Assembly (NCBI RefSeq): GCF_006345805.1 | Contig: NW_021832404.1 | Span: 22,667-86,666 of the forward strand | DNA: 64,000 nucleotides | Source of the DNA: Octopus sinensis | Lineage: Eukaryota | Reading direction: 5' to 3' | Shown: positions 12,001 through 27,000 of the stretch, in pieces | How positions within the stretch are numbered: position 1 is the first letter of the stretch | How the letters are laid out: the number at the start of each line of letters is the position of its first letter | Made by a program: the position numbers and the translations under genes | The notes under the pieces: generated by a model | Database searches by the model: none | What the model was told of the DNA's origin: nothing | What the model saw: only the letters and a program-made list of their open reading frames with translations

Positions 12001-15000
12001 AGGAATGAATATTGAACATTCGAGAGAGTAGTATGTGAAGTAAGGTGGAAGAATGGGAAGAAGGAATATGAACATTACAGAGAGGGGATTTGAAGGTGAA
12101 GGGGAGGAAGAGGAGAAGGAATATTGAACATTCAAGAGAGGGGTAATTTGAATGTGAAGGGGAGGAAGGAATATTGAACATTCCAGAGAGAGGGAGTTGA
12201 AGGTGAAGGGGAGAAGGGGAGGAAAGGAATATTGAACATTCCTAGAGAGGGGGATTTGAAGGTGAAGGGAGGAGGAGGGAGGAAGGAATATTGAACATTC
12301 CAGAGAGGTGGATTTGAAGGTGAAGGGGCGGAAGGGAGAAAGGAATATTGAACATTACAAAGAGGGGGATTCAAGGTGAAGGGGAGGAAGGGTGGATGAA
12401 TATTGAACATTCCAGAGAGGGGATTTGAAGGTGAAGGGGAGGAATGGGAGGAAGAATATTGAACATTCCAGAGAGGGGGATTTTAAGGTTTAAAGGGGAG
12501 GAATGGAAGAAGGAATAATGAACATTCCAGAGAGGGATTTTAAGGTTAAGGGGAGGAATGGGAAGAAGGAATATTGAACATTCCAGAGAGGGGTGATTTG
12601 AAGGTGAAGGGGAGGAAGTTGAGGAAGAAATATTAAACATTCCAGAGAGGGGGATTTGAAGGTGAAGGTATGGAATGGGAAGAAGGAATAATGAACATTC
12701 CAGAGAGGGGGATATGAAGGTGAAGGAGAGGAAGGGGAGAAAGGAATACTGAACATTACAAAGATGGGGATTTCAAGGTGAAGGGGAGGAAGAGGAGGAT
12801 GGAATAATGAAGATTCCAGAGAGGGGGATTTAATGGTGAAGGGGAGGAATGGGAAGAAGGAATATTGAACATTCCAGAGAGGGGGATTTGAAAGTAAATC
12901 GGAGGAATGGGGAAGAAGGAATATTGAACATTCCAGAGAGGGGGATTTGAAGGTAAAGGGGAGGAAGGGAAGAAGGAAATATTGAAAATTCCAGCGGGGG
13001 GATTTGAAGGTAAATGGGATGAATGGGAGAAGGAATATTAACATTCCAGAGAGGGGGATTTGAAGGTGAAGAGAGCATGGGAAGAAGCAATATTGAAGAT
13101 TCCAGAGATGGGATTTGAAGGTGAAAGGGAGAAAGGGGAGAAATGAATATTGAACATTTCAGAGAGGAGGATTTTGAAGGTAAAGGGGGAAATGGGAAGA
13201 AAGAATATTGAACATTCCAGAGATGGGATTGAAGGTGAAGTGAGGAAGGAGAGGAAGGGATATCTGACATTCCAAGAGGGGGATTTGAAGGTAAGGGGAG
13301 GAAGGGCAGGAAGGAATATTGACATGCCAGAGAGGGGGATTTGAGTGAAGGGGAGAAGTGGAGAAAGGAATATTGAATATTTGCAGAGAGGGGGATTTGA
13401 AGGTAAATGAGGAATGGGAAGAAGGAATACTTATCCTTCCAGAAGGGGATTTGAAGGTGAAGGTAGGAATGGGAAAAGGAATATTGAACATTCCAGGATT
13501 GGGATTTCAAGGTAAGGGGAGGAATGGGAAGAAGGAACATTGAACATTCCAGAGAGAGAGATTTCAAGGTAAAGGGGAAGAATGTGAAGAAGGAATATTG
13601 AGCATTCCAGAGAGAGGGATTTAAAGGTAAAGGGGAGGAATTGGAAGAAGGAACATTGAACATTACTGAGAAGGGGTTTTGAAGGTAAAGGCGAGGAATG
13701 GGAAGAAGGAATATTGAACATTCCAGGGAGGAGGATTTGAAGGTAAATGGGAGGAATGGGAAGAAGGAATATTGAACATTCCAGGGAGAGATTTGAAGGT
13801 GAAGGTAAGGAATGGGAATAAGGAATATTGAACATTACTGAGAAGGGGATTTGAAGTAAAGGGGAGGAATGGGAAGAAGGAATATTGAACATTCCATACA
13901 GTGGGATTTGAAGGTGAAGGGTAGGAATGAAGAATGAATATTGAACATTCCATAGAGGGGGATGTGAAGTTGAAGGGGAGGATTGGAAGAAGGAATATTG
14001 AACATTCCAGAGAGGGGGATTTGAAGGTAAAGGTGAGGAAGGAGAGAAGGAATATTGAACATTCCAGAGAGGGGGATTTGAAGGTGAAGGGGAGGAAAAG
14101 GAGGAAGGAATATTAACATTCCAGAGGGGGGATTTGTGAGAAAAAAGAAAGAAGGGAAAAGGGGAGGAAGTAATATTGAAACATTCCAGAGAAGGGATAT
14201 GAAGGTAAAGGGGAGGAAGGGAGGAAGGAATATTGAACATTCCAAGTGGGGGATTTGAAGGTGAAGGGGAGGAAGGGGAGGAAGGATACTGAACATTCCA
14301 GAGAGGGTGGATTTGAAGGTAAAGGGGAGGAATGGGAGAAGGAATATTGAACATTCCAGAGAGTGGGATTTGACGGTAAGGGGAGGAATGGGAGAAGGAA
14401 TATTCAACATTCCAGAGAGGGGGATGTGAAGTTAAGGGGAGGAATGGGAAGAAGGAATATTGAACATTCCAGAGAGGGGGATTGAAGGTAAAGAGAGCAA
14501 TGGGAAGAAGCATATTGAAGATTCCAGAGAGGGTGATTTGAAGGTGAAAGGGAGGAAGGGTGAAAGGAATATTGAACATTTCAGAGAGGGGGATTTGAAG
14601 GTAAAGGGGGGAAAATGGGAAGAAGGAATATTGAACATTCTAGAGATGGGGATTTGAAAGTGAAGGGAGAGGAAGGGGATGAAGGAATATTGAACATTCA
14701 GAGAGGGGGATTTGAAGGTGAAGGGGAGGAAGGAGAGAAGGATCTGTGAACATTCCAGAGAGGGGGATTTGAAGGTAAAGGGACGAATGGGATGAAGGAA
14801 TATTGAACATTAAGAGAGGGGGATTTGAAGGTGAAGGGGAGGAATGGAGGAAGGAATATTGAACATTCCAGAGAGGGGGATTTGAAAGTGAAAGGGAGGA
14901 AGTGCAGAAAGGAATACTGAACATTGCAGAGAGGGGGATTTTAAGGTAAATGGAGGAATGGGAAGAAGGAATATTTACCTTCCAGAGAGGGGGATTTGAA

Positions 15001-18000
15001 GGTGAAGGTAAGGAATGGGAAGAAGAATATTGAACATTCCATAGAGAGAGATTTCAAGGTAAAGGGAGGAATGGGAAGAAGGAATATTGAACATTCCAGA
15101 GAGGGGGATTTAAGGTAAGGGGAGGAATGGGAAGAAGGAACATTGAACATTACAGAGAGGGGATTTGAAGGTAAGGGGAGGAAGGGAAGAAGGAATATTG
15201 AACATTCCAGGAGGAGGATTTGAAGGTGAAGGTAAGGAATTGGAAGAAGGAATATTGAACATTACAGAGAAGGGGATTTTGAAGGTAAAGGGAGGAATGG
15301 GAAGAGGAATATTGAACATTCCAGAGAGGGGATTTGAAGGTAAGGTGAGGAATTGGGAATGTGGGAATATTGAACATTCCAGAGAGGGGATTTGAGGGTG
15401 AAGGGAAGAAGAGGTGAGGAAGGGAATATGAACATTTCAGAGGGGGGTTTGAAGATGAAGGGGAGGAAGTGGAGAAGGAATATTGAACATTCAAGAGAGG
15501 GGATTTGAAGGTGAAGTGGGAGGAAGGAGGAAGGAATATTGAACATTCCAGAGAGGGGGATTTGAAGGTGAGGGGAGGAAGGGGAGGAAGGATATTGAAC
15601 ATTCCAGAGAGGGGAGTTGAAGTTGAAGGTGAGAAGGGGAGGAAGGGGACAAAGGATACTGAACATTCCAGAGAGGGGATTTGAAGGTGAAGGGGAGGAA
15701 GGGAGGAAGGATATTTGAACATTCCAGAGAGGGGGATTTGAAGGTGAGGGAGAGGAATTGTAGGAAGGAATACTGAACATTCCAGAGAAGGGAATTTGAA
15801 GGTGAAGGGGAGGAATGGGGAGGAAGGAATATTGAACATTCCAGAGAGGATGATTTTAAGGTAAGGGGAGGAATGGGAAGAAGGAATATTGAACATTCAG
15901 AGAGGGGATTTGAAGGTGAAGGGGAGGAATGGGATAAGGAATATTGAACATTCCGAGAGGGGGAATTTAAGGTGAAGGGGAGGAATCTGAAAAAGGAATA
16001 TTGAACATTCCAGAGAGGGGAATTTAAAGGTAAGGTAAGGAATGGGAAGAAGGAATATTGAACATTCCAGAGAGGGGGATTTTAAGGTAAGGTAAGAAAT
16101 GGAGGAAGGTAAGGAATGGTGAAGGTAAGGAATGGTGAAGGTGAAGGTAAGGAATATTGAACATTCCAGAGAAGGATTTGAGGTGAAGGGAGGAATGTGA
16201 AGAAGGAAATATTGACATTCCAGAGAGGGGGATTTGAAGATGAAGGGGAGGAGGGGAGGAAGGAATATTGAACATTCCACTGGGGATTTTGAACGTGAAG
16301 GGAGAATGGAGAAAGGAATATTGAACATTCCAGAGACGGAGATTTCAAGGTAAGGGATGAGTGGGAAGAAGGAATATTGAAACATTCCAGAGAGGGGGAT
16401 TTTGAAGGTGAAAAGGATGAGGGAGGAAGGAATATTGAACATTCCAGAGAGGGAGATTTGAAGGTGAAGGGGAGGAAGGGGAGGAAGGAATATTGAACAT
16501 TCCAGAGAGTGGTATTTGAAAGTGAAGGGGAGGAAGGGGAGGAAGGAATATTGAACATACCAGAGAGGGGGATATGAAGGTGAAGGGGGAGGAGGGTGAA
16601 GGAATATTGAACATTCCAGAGAGTGGTATTTGAAAGTGAAGGGGAGGAAGGGGAGAAAGGAATACTGAACATTCCATAGAGGGGGATTTGAAGGTAAAGG
16701 GGAGGAATGGGATGGAGGAATATTGAACATTCCAGAGATGGAGATTAAAGGTAAAGGGGTGGAATGGGTAGAAGGAGTATTGAACATTCCAGAGAGAGGG
16801 ATTTGAAGGTAATGGGGAGGAATGGGAAGAAGGAATATTGATCATTCCAGGGAGGAGGATTTGAAGGTGAAGAGAAGGAATGGGAAGAAGGAATATTGAA
16901 CATTACAGAGAAGGGGATTTGAAGGTAAAGGGGAGGAAGAGAAAGAAGGAATATTCAACATTCCACAGAGGGGGATTTGAAGGTAAACGGGAGGAATGGG
17001 AACAAGAAGTATTGAACATATGTGGGAGGGGGATTTTAAGGTAAAGGGGAGGAGTGGGAAGAAGGAATATTGAAAATTCCAGAGAAGGGGATTTAAAGGT
17101 AAAAGGGTGCAATGGGAAGAAGGAATATTGAACATTCCAGAGAAAGGGAATTGAAGGTAAAGGGGAAGAATGGGAAGAAGGAATATTGAACATTACAGGG
17201 AGGAGGATTTGAAGGTGAAGGGAAGGAATGGGAAGAAGGAATATTGAACATTACAGAGAAGGGGATTTGATGGTAAAGGGGAGGAATGGGAAGAAGGAAT
17301 ATTCAACATTCCACAGAGGGAGACTTGAAGGTAAATGGGAGGAATGGGAAGAAGGAATATTTAACCTTTCAAAGAGGTGGATTTGAAGGTGAAGGTAAGG
17401 AATGGGAAGAAGGAATATTGAACATTCCAGAGAGGGGGATTTGAAGGTAAAGGGGAGGAATGGGATGAAGTAATATTGAACATTCCAGAGAGGGTGATTT
17501 GAAGGTAAAGAGGAGGAATGGGAAGAAGGAATATTGAACATTCCAGAGAGGGTGATTTGAAGGCAAAGGGGAGGAATGGGAAGAAGGAATATTGAACATT
17601 CCATGGAGGAGGATGTGAAGGTGAAGGTAAGGAATGGGAGGAAGGAATATTGAACATTACAGAGAAGGGGATTTGAAGGTAAATGGGAGGAATGGGAATA
17701 AAGAATATTCAACATTCCACAGAAGGGGATTTGAAGGTAAGGGGAGGAAGGGGAAGAAGGAATATTGAACATTCCATAGAGATGTATTTGAAGGTAAAGG
17801 GGAGGAATGGGAAGAAGGAATATTGAACAATCCAGAGAGGGATATTTGAAGGTAAAGGGGAGGAGGGGAAGAAGGAATATTGAACATTCCAGAGAGGGGG
17901 ATTTGAAGGTAAATGGGAGGAATGGGAAGAAGGAATATTAAACATTCCAGAGAGGGGGATTTGAAGGTGAAGGCTAGGAAGGGGAGGAAGGAACATTGAA

Positions 18001-21000
18001 CATTGCAGAGAGTGGGATTTGAAGATGAAGGGGAGGAAGGGGAGGAATGAATATTGAACATTCGAGAGAGTATTATGTGAAGGTAAAGGGAAGAATGGGA
18101 AGAAGGAATATTGAACATTACAGAGAGAGGGGGATTTGAAGGTGAAGGGGAGGAGGGAGAAAGGAATATATGAACATTCAGAGAGGGGTTTGAAGGTGAA
18201 GGGGAGGAAGGAATATTGAACATTCCAGAGAGAGGGAGTTGAAGGTGAAGGGGAGGAATGGGAGGAAGCAATATTGAACATTCTAGAGAGGGGGATTTGA
18301 AGGTGAAGGGGAGGAAGGGGAGGAAGGAATATTGAACATTCCAGAGGAGGTGGATTTGAAGGTGAAGGGCGGAAGGGGAGAAAGGAATATTGAACATTAC
18401 AAAGATGGGGATTTCAAGGTGAAGGGGAGGAAGGGATGGATGGAATATTGAACATTCCAGAGAGGGGGATTTGAAGGTGAAGGGGAGGAATGGCAGGAAG
18501 GAATATTGAACATTCCAGAGAGGGGGATTTTAAGGTTAAGGGGAGGAATGGGAAGAAGGAATAATGAACATTCCAGAGAGAGGGATTTTAAGGTTAAGGG
18601 GAGGAATGGGAAGAAGGAATATTGAACATTCCAGAGGGGGGGATTTGAAGGTGAAGGGGAGGAAGTTGAGGAAGAAATATTAAACATTCCAGAGAGGGGG
18701 ATTTGAAGGTGAAGGTATGGAATGGGAAGAAGGAATAATGAACATTCCAGAGAGGGGATATGAAGGTGAAGGAGAGGAAGGGAGAAGGAATACTGAACAT
18801 TACAAAGATGGGGATTTCAAGGTGAAGGGAGAAGAGGAGGATGGAATAATTGAAGATTCCAGAGAGGGGGATTTAATGGTGAAGGGAGGAATGGAGAAGG
18901 AATATTGAACATTCCAGAGAGGGGGATTTGAAAGTAAATCGGAGGAGGAAAAGGAATATTGAACATTCAGAGAGGGGATTTGAAGGTAAAGGGGAGGAAT
19001 GGGAAGAAGGAATATTGAAAATTCCAGCGAGGGGATGTGAAGGTAATGGGATGAATGGGAAGAAGGAATATTTAACATTCCAGAGAGGGGGATTTGAAGG
19101 TGAAAGAGAGCAATGGGAAGAAGCAATATTGAAGATTCCAGAGATGGGGATTTGAAGGTGAAAGGGAGAAAGGGGAGAAATGAATATTGAACATTTCAGA
19201 GAGGGGGATTTGAAGGTAAAGGGGAGAAATGGGAAGAAGGAATATTGAACATTCCAGAGATGGGATTGAAGGTGAAGGTGAGGAAGGAGAGGAAGGGATA
19301 CTGAACATTCCACAGAGGGGGATTTGAAGGTGAAGGGGAGGAAGGGCAGGAAGGAATATTGAACATGCCAGAGAGGGGGATTTGAAGGTGAAGGGGAGGA
19401 AGTGGAGAAAGGAATACTGAATATTGCAGAGAGGGGGATTTGAAGGTAAATGGAGGAATGGGAAGAAGGAATACTTATCCTTCCAGAGAGGGGGATTTGA
19501 AGGTGAAGGTAAGGAATGGGAAAAAGGAATATTGAACATTACAGGGAGTGGGATTTCAAGGTAAAGGGAGGAATGGGAAGAAGGAACATTGAACATTCCA
19601 GAGAGAGAGATTTCAAGGTAAAGGGGAGAATGTGAAGAAGGAATATTGAACATTCCATAGAGAGGGATTTAAAGGTAAAGGGGAGGAATTGGAAAAGGAA
19701 CATTGAACATTACTGAGAGGGGGTTTTGAAGGTAAAGGCGAGGAATGGAAGAAGGAATATTGAACATTCCAGGAGGAGGATTTGAAGGTAAATGGGAGGA
19801 ATGGGAAGAAGGAATATTGAACATTCCAGGGAGGAGGATTTGAAGGTGAAGGTAAGGAATGGGAAGAAGGAATATTGAACATTACTGAGAAGGGGATTTG
19901 AAGGTAAAGGGGAGGAATGGGAAGAAGGAATATTGAACATTCCATACAGTGGGATTTGAAGGTGAAGGGGAGGAATATGAAGAATGAATATTGAACATTC
20001 CATAGAGGGGGATGTGAAGTTGAAGGGGAGGATTGTGACGAAGGAATATTGAACATTCCAGAGAGGGGGATTTGAAGGTAAAGGTGAGGAAGGAGAGGAA
20101 GGAATATTGAACATTCCAGAGAGGGGGATTTGAAGGTGAAGGGGAGGAAAAGGAGGAAGGAATATTAAACATTCCAGAGAGGGGGATTTGAAGATGAAGG
20201 GGAGGAAGGGGAGGAAGTAATATTGAACATTCCAGAGGAAGGGATATGAAGGTAAAGGGGAGGAAGGGGAGGAAGGAATATTGAACATTCCAGAGTGGGG
20301 GATTTGAATGTGAAGGGGAGGAAGGGGAGAAAGGAATACTGAACATTCCAGAGAGGGGGATTTGAAGGTAAAGGGGAGGAATGGGAAGAAGGAATATTGA
20401 ACATTCCAGAGAGTGTGATTTGACGGTAAAGGGGAGGAATGGGAAGAAGGAATATTCAACATTCCACAGAGGGGGATGTGAAGTTAAAGGGGAGGAATGG
20501 GAAGAAGGAATATTGAACATTCCAGAGAGGGGGATTTGAAGGTAAAAGAGAGCAATGGGAAGAAGCAATATTGAAGATTCCAGAGAGGGTGATTTGAAGG
20601 TGAAAGGGAGGAAGGGGTGAAAGGAATATTGAACATTTCAGAGAGGGGGATTTGAAGGTAAAGGGGAGAAATGGGAAGAAGGAATATTGAACATTCTAGA
20701 GATGGGGATTTGAAAGTGAAGGAGAGGAAGGGGATGAAGGAATATTGAACATTCCAGAGAGGGGGATTTGAAGGTGAAGGGGAGGAAGGAGAGAAAGGGA
20801 TACTGAACATTCCAGAGAGGGGGATTTGAAGGTAAAAGGGACGAAGGGGATGAAGGAATATTGAACATTACAGAGAGGGGGATTTGAAGGTGAAGGGGAG
20901 GAAGGGGAGGAAGGAATATTGAACATTCCAGAGAGGGGGATTTGAAAGTGAAAGGGAGGAAGTGCAGAAAGGAATACTGAACATTGCAGAGAGGGGGATT

Positions 21001-24000
21001 TGAAGGTAAATGGAGGAATGGGAAGAAGGAATATTTATCCTTCCAGAGAGGGGGATTTGAAGGTGAAGGTAAGGAATGGGAAGAAGGAATATTGAACATT
21101 CCAGAGAGAGAGATTTCAAGGTAAAGGGGAGGAATGGGAAGAAGGAATATTGAACATTCCAGAGAGGGGGATTTAAAGGTAAAGGGGAGGAATGGGAAGA
21201 AGGAACATTGAACATTACAGAGAAGGGGATTTGAAGGTAAAGGGGAGGAATGGGAAGAAGGAATATTGAACATTCCAGGGAGGAGGATTTGAAGGTGAAG
21301 GTAAGGAATTGGAAGAAGGAATATTGAACATTACAGAGAAGGGGATTTGAAGGTAAAGGGGAGGAATGGGAAGAAGGAATATTGAACATTCCAGAGAGGG
21401 CGATTTGAAGGTAAAGGTGAGGAATTGGAAATGGGAATATTGAACATTCCAGAGAGGGGGATTTGAGGGTGAAGTGGAAGAAGAGGAGGAAGGAATATTG
21501 AACATTTCAGAGAGGGGGGTTTGAAGATGAAGGGGAGGAAGTGGAGGAAGGAATATTGAACATTCAAGAGAGGGGTATTTGAAGGTGAAGTGGAAGAAAA
21601 GGAGGAAGGAATATTGAACATTCCAGAGAGGGGGATTTGAAGATGAAGGGGAGGAAGGGGAGGAAGGAATATTGAACATTCCAGAGAGGGGGAGTTGAAG
21701 TTGAAGGGGAGGAAGGGGAGGAAGGGGACAAAGGAATACTGAACATTCCAGAGAGGGGGATTTGAAGATGAAGGGGAGGAAGGGGAGGAAGGAATATTGA
21801 ACATTCCAGAGAGGGGGATTTGAAGATGAAGGAGAGGAAGTGTAGGAAGGAATACTGAACATTCCAGAGAAGGGAATTTGAAGGTGAAGGGGAGGAAGGG
21901 GAGGAAGGAATATTGAACATTCCAGAGAGGATGATTTTAAGGTGAAGGGGAGGAATGGGAAGAAGGAATATTGAACATTCCAGAGAGGGGGATTTGAAGG
22001 TGAAGGGGAGGAATGGGATGAAGGAATATTGAACATTCCAGAGAGGGGGAATTTAAGGTGAAGGGGAGGAATCTGAAAAAGGAATATTGAACATTCCAGA
22101 GAGGGGAATTTAAAGGTAAAGGTAAGGAATGGGAAGAAGGAATATTGAACATTCCAGAGAGGGGGATTTTAAGGTAAGGTAAGAAATGGAGGAAGGTAAG
22201 GAATGGTGAAGGTAAGGAATGGTGAAGGTGAAGGTAAGGAATATTGAACATTCCAGAGAAAGGGATTTGGAGGTGAAGGGGAGGAATGTGAAGAAGGAAT
22301 ATTGAACATTCCAGAGAGGGGGATTTGAAAGTAAAGGGGCGGAAAGGGAAGAAGGAATATTGAACATTCCAGAGAGGGGGATTAGAAGGTGAAAGAGAGC
22401 AATGGGAAGAAGCAATATTGAACATTCCAGAGAGAGGGATTAGAAGGTTAAAGGGAGGAAGGGGAAGGAAGGAGAAAGAATATTGAACATTCCAGAGAGG
22501 ACGATTTGAATGTAAAGGGGGGGAATGGGAAAAGGAATATTAAACATTCCAGAGAGGGGGATTTGAAGTTAAAGGGAGGAATGGAAGAAGGAATATTGAA
22601 CATTCCAGAGAGGGGGATTTGAAGGTGAAGGGGAGGAAGAGGAGGAAGAATATTGAACATTGCTGAGAGAAGGTATTTGAAGGTGAAGGGAGGAAGTGGA
22701 GGAAGAGATACTGAACATTCCAGAGAGGGGGATTTGAAGGTGAAATGGAGGTAGGGGAGGAATGAATATTGAACATTCCATAGAGTGGAATTTGAAGGTG
22801 AAGGGGATGAAGGGGAGGAAGGAATATTGAACTTTCCAGAGAAGGGGAATTTAAGGTAAAGGGAGGAATGGGAAGAAGGAATATTTAACATTCCAGAGAT
22901 TGTGGATTTGAAGGTGAAGGGGGAAGAAATATTGAACATTCCAGAGAGGGGCATTTGAAGGTGAAGGGGAGGAAGGGGAGGAAGGAATGTTGAACATTCC
23001 AGAGAGGGGGATTTGAAGTTGAAGGGGAGGAATAAGAAGAAGGAATATTGAACATTCCAGAGAGGGGGATTTGAAGGTAAAGGGGAGGAATGGGAAGAAG
23101 GAATATTGAACATTCCAGAGAGGGGTGATTTGAAAGCGAAGGGGAGGAAGGTGGGAAGGAATATTCAACATTCCAGTGAGTGGGGGATTTGAAGGTGAAG
23201 GGGGGAAGGAATATTGACCATTCCAGAGAGGGGGATTTGAAGGTGAATGGGAGGAAGGGGGGAAGGAATATTAACATTCCAGAGAGGGGGATTTGAAGGT
23301 GGAGGGGAAGAATGGAGAAGGAATACTGAACATTCCAGAGAGGGGGATTTGAAGGTAAAGGGGAGGAATGGGGAGGAGGAATATTTAACCTTCCAGAGAG
23401 TGGGATTTGAAGGTGAAGGTAAGGAATGGGAAAAAGGAATATTGAACATTCCAGGTAGAAGGATTTGAAGGTAAAGGGGAGGAATGGGAAGAAGGAATAT
23501 TGATTATTCCAGAGATCGGGATAGAAAGGTAAAGGGGAGGAATGGGTTAAAGGAATATTGAACATTCCAGAGAGGGGGATTTGAAGGTGAATTGGATGAA
23601 TGGGAAGAAGGAATATTGAACATTCCAGAGAGGGGGATTTGAAGGTGATGGGGAGGAAAAGGAGGAAGGAATATTGAACATTTCAGAGAGGGGGATTTGA
23701 AGGTGAATTGGAGGTAGGGGAGGAAGGAATATTGAACATTCCAGAGTGGATTTGAAGGTGACGGGGAGGAAGGAATATTGAACATTCCAGAGAGGGGCAT
23801 TTGAAGGTGAAGGGTGGAAAGGGAGGAAGGGATATTGAACATTCCAGAGAGGGGGATTTGAAGGTAAAGGGGAGGAATGGGAAAAAGAATCTTGAACATA
23901 CCAGAGGGGGGGATTTAAAGGTGAAGGGGAGGAAGGGTAGGGAGGAATATTGAACATTCCAGAGATTGGGATTTGAAGGTGAATGGGAGGAAGGGGAGGG

Positions 24001-27000
24001 AGGAATATTGAACATTCCAGAGAGGGGGTTTACGGTGAAGGGAGGAAGGGGCGGGGGAATTTGAACATTCCAGAGAGGGGATTTGAAGGTGAAGGGGGAA
24101 GGAATATAAACATTCCAGAGAGGGGGATTTGAAGGTGAAGGAGAGGAAGGCGAGAAGGAATATTGAAAATTCCAGAGGGGGGATTTGAAGTTGAAGGGAG
24201 GAATGGGATGAAGGAATATTCAACATTCCAGAGAGGGGATTTGTAGCTAATGGGGAGGAATGGGTAGAAGGAATATTGAACATTCCAGAGGGGGGGGATT
24301 TTAAGGTGAAGGGGAGGAATGGGAAGAAGGAATATTGAACATTCCAGAGAGGGGGATTTGAAGGTAAAGGGGAGGAATGGGATGAAGGAATATTGAACAT
24401 TCCAGAGAGGGGGATTTTATGGTGAAGGGGAGGAATGGGAAGAAGGAATATTGAACATTCCAGAGAGAGGGATTTGAAGGTAAAGGTAAGGAATGGGAAG
24501 AAGGAATATTGAACATTCCAGAGAGGGGGATTTGAAGGTGAGGGTAAGGAATGGTGAAGTTAGACATGGTGAAGGGTAAGGAATGGTGAAGGTGAAGGTA
24601 AAGGAATGTGGAACATTCCAAGAGAGGGATTTGGAGGTGAAGGGGAGTATGGGAAGAAGGAATATTGAACATTCCAGAGAGGTGGATTTGAAGGTAAAGG
24701 GCGGAATGGGAAGAAGGAATATTGAACATTCCAGAGAGGGGGATTTGAAGGTGAAAGAGAGCAATGGAAGAAGCAATATTGAACATTCCAGAGAGGGGGA
24801 TTAGAAGGTTAAGTGAGGAAGGGGAGAAGGAATATTGAACATTCCAGAGAGGAGGATTTGAAGGTAAAGGGGAGGAATGGGAAGAAGCAATATTGAACAT
24901 TCCTGAGAGGGGGATTTGAAGGTAATGGGGAGGAATGGGAAGAAGCAATATTGAACATTCCAGAGAGGGGGATTTGAAGGTGAAGGGGAGGAAGGGGAAG
25001 AAGGAATATTGAACATTCCAGAGAGTGGGATTTAAAGGTAAGGTGGAGGAATGGGAAGAAGGAATATTGAAAATTCCAGAGGGGGGGATTTGAAGGTGAA
25101 GGTGGGGAATGGAAGAAGGAATATTGAACATTCCATAGAGGGGATTTGAAGGTGAAAGGAGGAATGGGAAGAAGGAATAATATTGAACATTCCAAAGAGT
25201 GGGATTTGAAGTTGAATGGGTGGAATGGGAAGAAGGAATATTGAACATTCCAGAGAGGGAGATTTGAAGGTGAAGGTAAGGAATGGTGAATGTAAGGAAT
25301 GGTGAAGGTGAAGGTAAGGAATATTGAACATTCCAGAGAGAGGGATTTGGAGGTGAAGGGGAGGTATGGGAAGAAGGAATATTGAACATTCCAGAGAGGG
25401 GGATTTGAAGGTAAAGGGGCGGAATGGGAAGAAGGAATATTGAACATTCCAGAGAGGGGGATTTGAAGGTGAAAGAGAGCAATGGGAAGAAGTAATATTG
25501 AACATTCCAGAGAGGGGGATTAGAAGGTTAAAGGGAGGAAGGGGAGGAAGGAATATTGAACATTCCAGAGAGGAGGATTTGAAGGTAAAGGGGAGGAATG
25601 GGATGAAGGAATATTGAACATTCCTGAGAGGGGGATTTGAAGGTGAAAGAGAGCAATGGGAAGAAGCAATATTGAAGATTCCAGAGATGGGGATTTGAAG
25701 GTGAAAGGGAGAAAGGGGAGAAATGAATATTGAACATTCCAGAGAGGGGGATTTGAAGGTAAGGGGAGAATGGAATAAGGAATATTGAACATTCCAGAGA
25801 TGGGATTTGAAGGTGAAGGTGAGGAAGGAGAGGAAGGGATACTGAACATTCCACAGAGGGGGATTTGAAGGTGAAGGGGAGGAAGGGCAGGAAGGAATAT
25901 TGAACATGACAGAGAGGGGGATTTGAAGGTGAAGGGGAGGAAGTGGAGAAAGGAATACTGAACATTGCAGAGAGGGGGATTTGAAGGTAAATGGAGGAAT
26001 GGGAAGAAGGAATATTTATCCTTCCAGAGAGGGGGATTTGAAGGTGAAGGTAAGGAATGGGAAAAAGGAATATTGAACATTACAGGGAGTGGGATTTCAA
26101 GGTAAAGGGGAGGAATGGGAAGAAGGAACATTGAACATTCCAGAGAGAGAGATTTCAAGGTAAAGGGGAAGAATGTGAAGAAGGAATATTGAGCATTCCA
26201 GAGAGAGGGATTTAAAGGTAAAGGGAGGAATTGGAAGAGGAAGAAGAACATTGTGAACATTACAGAGAAGGGGTTGAAGGTAAAAGCGAGGAATGGGAAG
26301 AAGGAATATTGAACATTCCAGGGAGGAGGATTTGAAGGTAAATGGGAGGAATGGGAAGAAGGAATATTGAACATTCCAGGGAGGAGGATTTGAAGGTGAA
26401 GGTAAGGAATGGGAAGAAGGAATATTGAACATTACTGAGAAGGGGATTTGAAGGTAAAGGGGAGGAATGGGAAGAAGGAATATTGAACATTCCATACAGT
26501 GGGATTTGAAGGTGAAGGGGAGGAATAGGAAGAATGATTATTGAACATTCCATAGAGGGGGATGTGAAGTTGAAGGGAGGAATGTGACGAAGGAATATTG
26601 AACATTCCAGAGAGGGGGATTTGAAGTAAAGGGGAGGAAGGAGAGGACGGAATATTGAACATTCCAGAGAGGGGGATTTGAAGGTGAAGGGGAGGAAAGG
26701 AGAAAAGGAATATTGAACATTCCAGAGAGGGGGATTTGAAGATGAAGGGGAGGAAGGGAGGAAGTAATATTGAACATTCCAGAGAAGGGATATGAAGGTA
26801 AAGGGAGGAAGGGGGAGGAAGGAATATTGAACATTCCAGAGTGGGGGATTTGAATGTGAAGGGGAGGAAGGGAGAAAGGAATACTGAACATTCCAGAGAG
26901 GGGGATTTGAAGGTGAAGGGAGGAAGTGGAGAAAAAAATACTGAACATTCCAGAGAAAGGGATATGAAGGTAAAGGGGAGGAGGGGAGAAGGAATATTGA

